DNA of 64,000 nt from Gekko japonicus (taxonomy: Eukaryota). The notes beneath the pieces were generated by a model. It had not been told where the DNA came from and did no database searches. It saw only the letters and a list, made by a program, of their open reading frames with translations. Made by a program: the position numbers and the translations under genes. The DNA lies in NCBI RefSeq assembly GCF_001447785.1, contig NW_015164693.1, forward strand, positions 103,614-167,613. The letters are read 5' to 3'. This document shows, one piece after another, positions 37,249 to 48,440 of the stretch; position 1 is the stretch's first letter, and each line of letters starts with the position of its first letter.

Positions 37249-40074
37249 CAGGGGTCCTCAAACTACGGCCCGGGGGCCACATGTGGCCCGCCGAAAACAT
37301 TTATCCGGCCCGCCAGGTGTTTTTGCCACTGTCCTGTCCATATGCTGCCCAGCACAAGGGGCCCTGGTGAGCGGTAGGGGTGCCATTCCCCTCGGCGCGG
37401 CGCCGCTTTCACTTTCCAGGGCCGCAAAAGTTTGCTTTTCTCTCCAACCGCTGGGGACCTGCCAGAGGGCCAGGAGCACCGACAGCCAGGCCGGCACGCC
37501 CACTCTCCCTTCCCAGGGCTTGGGCGAAGGTTCCCAGTGCCAGGCGAAGGTTCTGCCCCTTTCCCCTGAAACTGTCCACGGGCTAAGGAAGAGAGACGCG
37601 AGGCTCTGCCGGCGGCAACTCCAGGCTGCACCGCTGGTTTGGGAGAAAGTCCATCACTTCCCCTGAATACAGGCCTGGGATCGGGGTGTCAGACCACCAC
37701 CACCACCTGCACTTCCATGCCACATCCACACAATCACGCCCTGCCTGGAATAAATCCCCCGACGTGGGTTTCCTGCACGCAGACCGGCCATGTGTGCATT
37801 GCAACCATGTGTGAATGAGATTCGGGAGGGTAACAAATCCCGGCAGAGTTCGGCACCTCCTAATCTGGCCTCCCTCCAGAATAACCTCCTTTGTCTTCTG
37901 TTGCCGTCTGCCGCACAGCCATGCTTTTGGGGCAAAAGCCCTGGTCAGCAACTAGGAGGCCACTGTGGGAAGGGAGCGCCAGCCGCAGAGGGCCAGCGTC
38001 TCACCCTCTCTCCGCCGCCCCCCACGCCATGAGACCTGCTGGTAAGACTCGTCGCCCGCAGATTCTTCTTCTTCCCTCTTTCCACTTCCAGCTTAGCTGC
38101 GGGGCTTGGGGGCCAGCAGCGCTGATCAGGGGCCCAGCCTTAGCCCGGGCACCTCCAACTGGCAAACCCTGCTGTAAAGTGGGAAGGGGGGAAGGTCCCC
38201 ACTAGTTGCCCCACTGCCAGATCTCGGTGCCCTCAATCCAAGCCNNNNNNNNNNNNNNNNNNNNNNNNNNNNNNNNNNNNNNNNNNNNNNNNNNNNNNNN
38301 NNNNNNNNNNNNNNNNNNNNNNNNNNNNNNNNNNNNNNNNNNNNNNNNNNNNNNNNNNNNNNNNNNNNNNNNNNNNNNNNNNNNNNNNNNNNNNNNNNNN
38401 NNNNNNNNNNNNNNNNNNNNNNNNNNNNNNNNNNNNNNNNNNNNNNNNNNNNNNNNNNNNNNNNNNNNNNNNNNNNNNNNNNNNNNNNNNNNNNNNNNNN
38501 NNNNNNNNNNNNNNNNNNNNNNNNNNNNNNNNNNNNNNNNNNNNNNNNNNNNNNNNNNNNNNNNNNNNNNNNNNNNNNNNNNNNNNNNNNNNNNNNNNNN
38601 NNNNNNNNNNNNNNNNNNNNNNNNNNNNNNNNNNNNNNNNNNNNNNNNNNNNNNNNNNNNNNNNNNNNNNNNNNNNNNNNNNNNNNNNNNNNNNNNNNNN
38701 NNNNNNNNNNNNNNNNNNNNNNNNNNNNNNNNNNNNNNNNNNNNNNNNNNNNNNNNNNNNNNNNNNNNNNNNNNNNNNNNNNNNNNNNNNNNNNNNNNNN
38801 NNNNNNNNNNNNNNNNNNNNNNNNNNNNNNNNNNNNNNNNNNNNNNNNNNNNNNNNNNNNNNNNNNNNNNNNNNNNNNNNNNNNNNNNNNNNNNNNNNNN
38901 NNNNNNNNNNNNNNNNNNNNNNNNNNNNNNNNNNNNNNNNNNNNNNNNNNNNNNNNNNNNNNNNNNNNNNNNNNNNNNNNNNNNNNNNNNNNNNNNNNNN
39001 NNNNNNNNNNNNNNNNNNNNNNNNNNNNNNNNNNNNNNNNNNNNNNNNNNNNNNNNNNNNNNNNNNNNNNNNNNNNNNNNNNNNGTTGCCCCACTGCCGG
39101 ATCTCGGTGCCCTCAATCCAAGCCGCCCCACTGCCGGAACCAAAAAGGGCTCTCTGCAGCCGCTCCCCCCACCCCCCGGCCTGCCTCTGTAGCCACAAAG
39201 GGGAATTTTGGCAAGGAAAGGGGGGGCACTTTGTGCTTCTTTGCCAGCGCTTCCTCCCGTCTTTTCTTGGGAACTTTCCCTGAGTCCCTTTTTCCAAGAA
39301 GGAGCTGTTCTCCCCTCCCCGGGATATTATCCAGCAAGCCCGTCCCGTGCCAAGGATTCCTCAGGGGGAAGGACCCCCCCCACGCCCAGTCTGCCGTTTC
39401 CAGTGGACCCCCTCCCCTCTTTTGCAAGCCACAAAGTAGCGCTTGCAGAGGGGGAATTTTTGTTTTGTGTGCGCTTCATCTTCATGAACAGGACATACAG
39501 CTTTTCTGTAACCCATTTTCTATTGACATCGAAAATGTGGATACAATTTACCAAATGGAACTGGCTGAACTGCAGAATTGTGACTCTCTGAAAGAAGCAT
39601 TCAAGTCAAGCAGCCTTCCTAATTTCTATGCATCTCTCCCCTCTGAGACATATCCTAATCTCAGGAACCATGCACTCAAAATGGCAACCATCTTTGGAAG
39701 CACTTATGTCTGTGAACAGACTTTTTCCAGAATGAAACATCTGAAATCTCCAACCAGATCTAGACTAACTGATGCACCCTTGCATCACTTGTTACGACTA
39801 GCAGTGACAAATATGGAACCGGACATTAACCATCTCATTAGCCAAAAGCAGGCCCATAGTTCCCATTGAAATACTGGTAAATTTGTTGATTTAACTTTAC
39901 TTGTTCATTTTAAATATTGTATTTGTTCCCGTTTTGTTTTTTTGCTTCAAAATAAGATATGTGCAATGTGCATAGGAATTTGTTCATAGTTTTTTTAAAA
40001 AACTATAGTCCGGCCCTCCAACGGTCTGAGGGACAGTGAACTGGCCCCCTGTTTAAAAAGTTTGAGGACCCCTG
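37249..40074 (+). mobile_element. hAT/Charlie DNA transposon derivative (OC1/OposCharlie1-like) with transposase C-terminus and foreign interior
   Basis: TIRs CAGGGGTCCTCAAACT...AGTTTGAGGACCCCTG; perfect TSD TCCTAGAG (37241-37248, 40075-40082). About 39480-39869 encodes LFCNPF...YQMELAELQ...FGSTYVCEQTFSRMKHLKS..RSRLTD..L..LLR...QAHSSH, the hAT dimerisation domain. Confidence 0.9.
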
Positions 40075-40423
40075 TCCTAGAGGGATCAACTGTGCCCTGT
40101 ATTTATGGAGCTTCCTGGTTGCAGCCTCTTTTCCCACTGTGCTTGCACAAGTCAGTGTAAAACTCCCCTCCCTTTGGCACACTTGCTTCTGCAGAACAGA
40201 AGGAAAGAGCTGTAATCCAGAAAACAACTGGGAAGGAAATACAAGCCCTAGTCTTCGTATAGCTCTACAAAGGAGGGGCCATGGCTCAGTGGCAGACCAT
40301 CTGCTTCACCTGTTGAAAGCCCCAGGTCCAGTCCTTGGCATCTCCAGTTGAAAAAGGATCAGGTGATGTGAAAGACCTCCACCTACGTCCCTGGAGAGCC
40401 ACCACCAGTCAGAGTAGACAGTA

Positions 40424-40768
40424 AGGTAAAGGTTCCCTTGCTCGAAAGCCAGTCGAGTCCGACTCTAGGGTTGCGGTGCTCATCTCCGTTTCAAAGCCGA
40501 AGAGCCAGCGCTGTCCGAAGACGTTTCCGTGGTCATGTGGCCAGCATGACTAAACACCAAGGCGCACGGCACGCTGTTACCTTCCCACTGAAGTGGTCCC
40601 TATTTATCTACTTGCAATTTCTTGCTTTCGAACTGCTAGGTTGGCAGGAGCTGGAACCAGAGACGGGAGCTCACTCCGTCACGCGGCACACTCGGGTCTC
40701 GAACTGCTGAACTACCGACCTTCCACAGCCTGCAGTTCAACGTCTTAACCACTTGAGCCACCGCAGCT
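40424..40768 (-). mobile_element. Sauria SINE nested in an older tRNA-SINE (about 40274-40835)
   Basis: AAGGTAAAGG tail with GTGGTCATGTGGCCAGCATGACT and TATTTATCTACTTGCA hallmarks; 13-bp TSD AGAGTAGACAGTA/AGAGTAGGCAGTA. Confidence 0.88.
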
Positions 40769-41139
40769 AGAGTAGGCAGTACTGACTATGATAAGCCAAT
40801 ATTCTGACCCAATATAAGGTGGTTTTGTGTGTTCTGTGGTCAGCAAATTGCTGGAGCGGGTATAGCTCTCCTTCCACCCAGTCCAGCAAAATCCATCTCT
40901 TCAAGCTCTGGACAGCATGTATGGTTCCCTCATTGTTGTCCTTGCAACAACCCTGTGAGGTGAGTTGGGCTCAGAGACCCACTGCCTGGCCAAGCAGGAG
41001 TTTAAGCCCAAGGCTTCCTCCAGCCACTGCACCACACTGCTGACTGGATGCCATTTCGTTGTTCTCTCCCCTCCCCTTCATTATCAGCAAATAGCAAGCA
41101 TCTGCATTAGACAAACAATCTGCTGATAATTTGACTTCC

Positions 41140-41560
41140 AGTTTGCTCTTTCCAAGGCTAGAGTTTTATGAGCTGTTTTGCCACTGAGCTGGCACTGCTG
41201 CCACCGCTGTGTTTGTGTGTGACCTTTTTGGCAGCGACCCCAGCTGTCTCCTGAAAGTTAATTGCACGCCCGAAGCCTTGGTGCCATGGTACAGCCTGGG
41301 GTAATGACTTTGTTGATACTGATGAGGGCAATCCAGGGAAGGCAATCAGCCAAGGCCTCAGGCCTCCTGGCCCTGGCTGGCACCTTCATTGAGAAAACCC
41401 TTCTGAGGGCCACGTGGCGGCTCAGCCAATGGGTTCAGGGCTGACTTGTTTTTCAATGAACTGCTGCTATTCACAGGGAGGTCAAGGCTGCTGGCGGGAG
41501 GTGGGGGTGGCTCATTCACCCACAGGAGCCTTATAAGGCAGAGCTCAGCCAAAAAGGGGC
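41140..41560 (+). promoter_or_regulatory. NR0B2 (SHP) proximal promoter: FXR IR-1, LRH-1/SF-1 sites, E-box, CCAAT, TATA
   Basis: IR-1 GGGGTA-A-TGACTT at 41298-41310, in the context GTACAGCCTG...TTGTT seen in the recalled mammalian SHP FXRE. YCAAGGY sites at 41152, 41350, 41482 and reversed at about 41274. CACGTG 41411-41416, CCAAT 41426-41430, TTATAA 41531-41536. Confidence 0.8.
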
Positions 41561-41655
41561 AGAGGAAGCAAACAGTGCTAAAAAACCTGCACGAGTCCCA
41601 GGTGTGAGCAAAGCATTTGGCCTCGGAGCGACTGCCTAGCTGCGCCGTCACAGAA

Positions 41656-42163
41656 ATGCAGTATGAGAAATGCCAGTGCCTTGAGAGCCAGAATGCCATC
41701 CTCTATACTCTCCTGAGCCAAGACCAGCGGGAGAGCTGCAGCCCTTCCCAGCAGCGCTGTCTGTGCCAGAAACGCCGCACCGTCTGCCTCCAGACACCTC
41801 AAGTCACCTGCCAAGCAGCTTCGGATGTCTTGGTGAAGACTGTCAGCTTTGTGAAGAATCTCCCTTCCTTCCAGCTGCTCCCATGGGAAGATCAGCTCCT
41901 GCTCCTGGACAGCTGCTGGGCTCCCCTTTTCCTCCTTGGCCTCGTCCAAGAGATGGTGACCTTTGAAGTCATAGAGACCCCGGCTCCCAGCATGCTCAAG
42001 AGGATCCTTCTCGATGGCCAGTGCAAGAGGCAGGAGCTGCAGAGGGCTCAGCCCACCCTAGCCAGTGTCCAACGTCTCCAGTGCAGCTTAAACAAGTTCT
42101 GGAGCCTTGACCTCAGCCCAAAGGAGTATGCCTACCTGAAAGGGGCTATGCTTTTCAACCCCA
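41656..42163 (+). CDS. NR0B2: NR0B2 / small heterodimer partner, exon 1 of 2
   Basis: Encodes MQYEKCQC...AILYTLLS...LVKTVSFVKNLPSFQLLPWEDQLLLL..CWAPLFLLGLVQE.VTFEV.ETPAPSMLKRILL...LSPKEYAYLKGAMLFNP. This is a nuclear receptor LBD without a DNA-binding domain, with LxxLL-type boxes. Donor A|GTAAGT, phase 1. Synteny with NUDC and GPATCH3 fits. Confidence 0.95.
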
Positions 42164-45100
42164 GTAAGTACCAGACCTTCCTGCATTTTCCTAGAAAACA
42201 TCATAAGCTTTTTGTGAATAGGCCTGGCCGGGGTGTGTGTGTGTGTGGCAGCAAAGCCTTGGAAGGGAAAAATAGGCATAGGGTTTTTAAGAGGGTTCAT
42301 CCATAACATTCTAGCAAGCAAGACTTGCCTGGTTGCAACCCCCATCAAAGGCCTTCAAAGTGTAATGTTATCCTCCTGACTTCCCTGAATGGCGGTGTAA
42401 AATCCCAGTTTAAAACTCCAGAGTTAGTTTCCTGCACTCATTAGGCTGCCTTATACCACATCGAAAGAAGGCCACTGATCTATCACAGGCAGTACTAACT
42501 GGCAGCAGATTGCCAGAGTCTTGGATACGGAGCTTTCCTATCTCCTACTACATGATCTTTTTAAATTGAAGATGCCAGGAACTGAACCTTAGGCCTTCTA
42601 TATGCCAAGCAGTTGCTCTACCACTGAGCCCCTTGATTTCTTGTTTAGGGGAGAATATGCCGGTATTCAGATAAGGAGATGCAGAGCAAGTGTGCAGAAG
42701 CAAGCACACAGCAGGTGGTTCCAGTTTCAAAGCACAGCAGTGTCCTTTTTGATTCAGCTCCCACTGACTCCAAAAACACAGAGCTGTTCTTCTTTTTGAG
42801 GCACATTCATATAGTTCCTTTCCCAAGGTTGTTTGATCCACACCCAACATTTAGACTGGCCGACTGGCTGTTATGATCTGCCATTTCAGTTGTCCCATAA
42901 TTTGCATTCAGTGGCAGGAATCCAGTTGTGCAGATCTGAAAACTTAAAAGAGCCAACATGCTGTAGTGATCAGGATGTCTGACTAGGATCTAGGAGACCC
43001 ACGTTTGAATCCCCACTCTCCCATGGAAGCTCACTGGGGGATCTTCGACCAGTCACGCACACTCAGCCTCACCTACCTCAAAGGGTATAAATAATTAACA
43101 GTGCTTAAGCCTTCAAAAGACAGGACAGTGATTTCTGCTGATACCCCCTCTCACTTTGCCTCCCCCCTGGTGCTGTTCCTGAGGGTCTTCTCTCCCCCCA
43201 GAAACAAAATGGGGGTGGGTGTTCAGTGAACTGTCAAAAGAAGGGGAAGGGGGGTGGGTCCCATTTTAAAAGTTCATGCATGGTTAAGATTGTTAGTGGT
43301 CACAAAATGTTGAAATGAAACAAAAAATTTTTTCCTGTAGTATGTCCCCATATTTTGTAATTACAAATGGATACAAGTTCCTTTCAAGCAGTGTTTGTAT
43401 CCTAAAATTTCAAAGTTGCTGAAATGGGAAGTATATAATAGAGAATCAGTCTTTCTGTGTCATTTTAATCTGTCCTTCCTCTGAGTATTTTACAGCAATA
43501 TGTCCTGTTCCCTTAACCATGTGCAGCATGGTTCCAATCCGAATCAGGTACCCACAACTCATGAGCCAACCTGTGTAGTATGTAATGTATGAGTCAGATA
43601 CCCATAACCTTTCCCTGAGGGTACACACTTCATTTTTGAAAGAGACTCTGGGTGGGTGCCCTGGCCTTGGGCACTCAGTGTCAATTTGCTGTGGTGACCT
43701 CAACAGGGTATAATGACACAGAGCTTACTGTTTTCTCCAGGTGAACTGATCTCTGCCATTTGAAGAGCAGTTGTAATTCTGAGTGATCTCCAGCCCTCAC
43801 CTGAAGATTAGCAACAATGGCTCCTAGGAGTAAATGGCTAGAGGGGGGAGTCTATGGTACTGTACCTGTCTGAGGTCCCACACCTCCTCAAACCTCACCA
43901 TCTCGAGACTCCACCCCTCAAATCTCCAGGAATTTCCCAACCTGGAGTTGGCAACCCTATCTCCTTCCCAGCCAATTATCAACCTACCTTTATCTGCCCC
44001 TTCAGATTTCCATCTCCCCCCCCCCCCCCCCCCACCTGCAGCCTCTACCCTGCTCTGAAGTTCTGACTGCTAGGTCACACTGGCTGTCATAGGGGGACCA
44101 TCTCAGCAGGGTATAAGGACACAGAGTCCACCATTTTCTCTAGGGGAACTGATCTCTGCCATGGGGAGAGCAGCTGTAATTCTGAGTGATCACCAGCCCT
44201 CACCTGGAGATTGGCAACAACAGTTCCCCAGAAGAAAAAGTACAATTTTTCTCTGCAGTGGGGACCAAAGCAGCTTACATCATTTTCCTCTCCCCCTTTT
44301 GATCTGCACAACCACCCTGTGAGGTAGGTTAGGCTAAAAGTCTGTGCCTGGTCCAAAATCACCCACTCAGCTTCCACAGCAAGAATCTGGGTCTTTCAGA
44401 CCATGCTCTGAATGCTAACTGCTATGTCACACTGGCTGTGGTATCACCTGTTGTCATGACTGAACTCCAGACAACAGATCTCTCTCCCCCCCTGGAGAAA
44501 ATAACTGCTTTGGAGGGTGGACTCTATGGCATTCTATTCAGCTGAGGCCTATCCCCTCCCCAAACCCTGGCTTCTGTAGACTTCAGCACAAAATATCCAG
44601 GAATTTCCCAAACTGAAGCTGGCAACCCTTGTCAGGACTGGCCCCAATGAGTTCCCCATAAAGGCCTGGAAAGGGCTTCATTCCTTTGTCTTTTTACTGA
44701 CAGAACCAAGCTTGGTCGCCTAGCAACAGCCACTGAGGGAAATGTTAATCCCACAGGAGCCAAGCAAGACAACTGTCTTTGTCAGGAGAGATAGCCGTTT
44801 TGGTAGTTATTCTGACAGGGAACAGTGGCAGTGGGCGGGGAAGAGGAGTGGACCCAGCACCCAGCCAATGGCACGCAATTACTCTTGAGTGGTGGTTGAT
44901 GGGCCAATGGCTGATGGAGCACACCGCACAGCCAATGGAGAGCTGAAAATGGCCACCGCATTAGGAAAATTTATTCTCACAAGAACCACTGTGAGGTAGG
45001 TTAGCCTGAAAGCATGTGACTGGCTCAAGGTCACCCAGCAAGCTTTCACGGCAGAGCAGGGATTCAAATCCAGTACTCCCAAGTCATAGTCAGACACTCT

Positions 45101-45882
45101 CTATGTGTTCATCTCATTCATTCATTACCCTTTTATTTATACATTTAAAACACACCATTATATACCCAATAAATGTGATGTCTGGATTGAGTAACTGACC
45201 ATTAGCTATGTCAACATGGTGCAGTGGTTAGATTGTCTGACTCAGATCTGGGATGCCCAAGTTTGAATCCCTGCTCTTCCATGGAAGCTCATCCGGTGAC
45301 CTTGGGCCAGTAACTCAGCCTAGCCTACTTCAATGAGTTTTTGTTCAGAAGAGGAGGGGAGCCCTATTTTAAGCCTCTTTGAGTCCCCATTGAAACTGGG
45401 CTCACTACACAATTATAGCTCTTCATGGAAAGAAAAAAGACAGGTATCCATGTTTGGTTGTCTTTTTTTAAGGATTAATATCAAGGGGGGCTGGTTTTAA
45501 TTAATAAAGCCATGCAGAGGTGGAAGGATTAAACCACTCCCCTCTCCACACGATCCTGATCCAAATTAGAGCCACACAAGGCTATAGGGTGAGGTTATAG
45601 GGTACAAAGAAGACAACTTCCTCAGAATGTCAACATAGATAAACCCTCTTGTTTGTTGAATGGCCCATGTCCGACACATCCTGGGAGCAGATCTACTCAG
45701 GATCCTTCTCAAGTCTATGCAATGGTGCTTACTTGCCAGAGGAGGTGTTCCATTAGGAAAAACTGAGTACGCTTGAATACATTTTGGGCCTTGTCTGTTT
45801 CCAGTATCCAAGGGTTTGAATTATTTGAAATGTTAGCCGAGGCTCAATTCAGCTGGACTTTTTCTTCTCTCTCTTCTCCCAG

Positions 45883-46124
45883 ACGTGCCTGGTCTCAAGG
45901 CCTCTGCTTACATTGAGAGCCTCCAGCGTGAAGCCCACAGAGCACTCCAAGACGTCCTGGCACTTTCCCATCTGGAGGACAAAGACTGCTTTGCTCGTGT
46001 CCTGCTGATAGCATCTACCCTGAAATCCATCCCTCCTCCACTCATTACTGACCTTTTTTTCCAGCCAGTGATTGGCAACACAGACATTCTGCAGCTGCTT
46101 ACAGAAATGCTGGTGATGAAATAG
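45883..46124 (+). CDS. NR0B2: NR0B2 exon 2 (terminal)
   Basis: Strong acceptor tctctcttctcccag|AC, phase matches exon 1. Encodes VPGLKASAYIESLQREAHRALQDVL...FARVLLIASTLKSIPPPLITDLFFQPVIGNTDILQLLTEMLVMK then TAG. Total 249 aa. Confidence 0.96.
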
Positions 46125-47228
46125 GTCGGTAGGCTATGACACCTTGAGTGAGATCGGCTTTGAGGCTTCCCACAACACACTGGGCCTTGTACTTTACACC
46201 CAGAAGCTGCACAGTTTGGGGCATGGAATGGAACAGTAGATCTTAATCACAGCAGTCTTCCACAAGGCATCTATTAACCCAGTCCTGTGCTCCTGCTATG
46301 TTGCTATACTGAAATAGTTAGGACCGGTAATAACTGTTGTGTGGCATCGCAAGCTGACTTAGAATCCTGTGCCAATGCCTGCCAGCAAGTCACCATCCTC
46401 AGATGTGGAGTATGGGCACCGTACAAAGCTATCCCATTTCCCTGATCAAGGCCAGCAGGGCAAGCTGTTAGGGCACGTCTACACTGCAAATGTCTATCCC
46501 TTCGTGTATCAGTTTAACTGATCCCTCCTCCCCCTCCAAAGAGAATCATGGGAATTGTAGTTTTGGTGAAGCTGTTGCACATTTTTGAAAAATATAAAAG
46601 ACATAGATTTAACTAAGGAGTTCCTAAAGAAACTTCCTGTCTTCTGATCTTCAAATACTCAGTCCCTGCCAAAGTCAGTGAAAACAAATGTGTTCATTCT
46701 GAGGTGTGCTATTGCTGCATCACATGCTGAAAGTGATTATATGGTGTCTAAGAAGGCAAATCCAACGTGAAGCAGGTACTCTTGGAACTATTTTGTTCGG
46801 CTTAATGGAACAAAAAGTGCCCATAAGCCTCTCCAAAACACCCTTCTCACCCAGCTGAGTCCCCACACATCCATCTTTCCAGGAATATAAGGGAAATAAT
46901 CCAGATTCTAAACATGCCAAGGTCTAGTCAATGCATTTCTCTTACTCAGACTGAGTTCCAAGGCTACATGCAGATGTCCCAAGAAAGAAATCTGGAGCTT
47001 CTGTGTGCTGTCTGAAATAAATATTCAACAATTGCTTGAAATAAATTGCTAGGAAAGGAAACTTTGGTTCCTTTTATCTTATGTTCATCATAGAAATCAT
47101 TCTCTAACCTAGGCCTTTGTTTTCTCCAGCTCCAATGTAAACAAGTGTGTTGCCCAGTGTACTATCCTTTCTTTACACTGACTTCCGATGTCAATATTTT
47201 GTGTACTTTTCTGTGATGTGTATGTAGC

Positions 47229-47234
47229 AATAAA
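47229..47234 (+). terminator. Candidate NR0B2 polyadenylation signal (others near 47016, 47039, 47267)
   Basis: AATAAA preceded by TGTA motifs and followed by T-rich sequence. Which signal is used cannot be determined from sequence. Confidence 0.45.
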
Positions 47235-47860
47235 ATGTGCTTTAAGTTATTATTTTTAACAAAACAAATAAAATATTTTGCAGTTTGGAAAATTTTGCCG
47301 TTTTTTCCACCAGGCCAGTTAGTAACCCTAGATTGTAGGTCCTCAGAGAAACTTTGCCCCCAAATCTTAAATTTCAGGTTGGCTCAAGCAGGTCACTCAA
47401 CAGTTAAACCAAGGACTCTCTGCACATGCTTGAAGATCATTTTTACTTCACATGCTCCAGGATTTAATGGGGTGCTTTGTACTCCAGTGTCGAATTATAT
47501 GCAGAAATTAAACAGGTTTGGCATTTCTCCAGCATGGAAGCTGCACCTGTTGAATTTCTGCCTGCCATGCAGCTGCTAAACAGAACAGCCTTAAAAATAA
47601 TAAAAATGTCAATTCTAAAGCATCAAAGGAATTGACTGCCAGTCCTAGCCAATGTCTAGCATGTGCTCAAATTCAACCCCCAAAGGAACACAACCATATG
47701 CACAAACATATACCACACCCTTTCCAACTCTTAATTGACAACAACAATAGGCATGGGCCAGAATAGAACATACAACTTGAAAAGCACTAAAGGAGTCCCA
47801 CAACACAAACTTCTCATCTCTGGAATCTCTATGGTTTTTTTAAAAATCCCTGCAAATTTA

Positions 47861-48145
47861 GAGAGCCAGTTTGGTGTAGTGGTTAAGTGCGCGGACTCTA
47901 ATCTGGGAGAACCGGGTTTGATTCCCCACTCCTCCACTTGCACCTGGCTGGATGACCTTGGGCAAGCCGTAGCTCTGATAAGAGCTGTTCTTGAAAAAGA
48001 GCAGTTTCTGTCAGAGCTCTCTCAGCCCCACCTACCTCACAGGGTGTCTGCTGTGGGGAGGGGATGGGAAAGGAGTTTGGGAACAGCTGAGACACCTTTG
48101 GGTAGTGAAGGGCGGGGTATAAATCCAATCTCCTCTTCGTCTTCT
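47861..48145 (+). mobile_element. Full-length Squam3-like SINE (long variant with internal insertion)
   Basis: GAGAGCCAGTTTGGTGTAGTGGTTAAG head, GGTTTGATTCC B box, central AGAGCTGTTCTTG...AGAGCTCT insertion, (CTT)-like tail. Confidence 0.8.
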
Positions 48146-48440
48146 AGACGTAACATAGACATGCCTCTTGTAGACTGGAAGTGCGAACAAGGATTACAGT
48201 CTCCGTTTTCAAAAACAAGCATAAAATCCATGCAATAATACCTTTTACAGGGCCAACCAAATTAGCACAAAACACTGTGCATGCACCTATCAGGATTCAT
48301 CATCTGGCATGAACGTTACAACATTTACAAAGATAGACGGGAGGAAATCTGATCTCTTGGTCTACCTTTTGTCTGTCTCTATGTATAGGAACTAAATCGT
48401 GTAATACCTTTTACTGAGGCAAATATTACGTTGTATTACA

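Noticed and set aside
38126-39297. Long ORFs of 313-354 aa in the ORF track
   Set aside because: Artefacts of reading through the N-gap. The same applies to ORFs across 5468-5637 and 9160-9264.
39231-39869. 212-aa ORF as a GTF2IRD2-like domesticated gene
   Set aside because: Only the last ~130 aa are transposase-like, the catalytic region is missing, and it lies within TIRs and a TSD.
47316-47330. Downstream FXR IR-1 (CAGTTA-G-TAACCC) equivalent to the mouse SHP 3' enhancer
   Set aside because: Too degenerate to call without an alignment.
47861-47940. tRNA genes at SINE heads
   Set aside because: The A/B boxes continue into SINE bodies with no acceptor stem.
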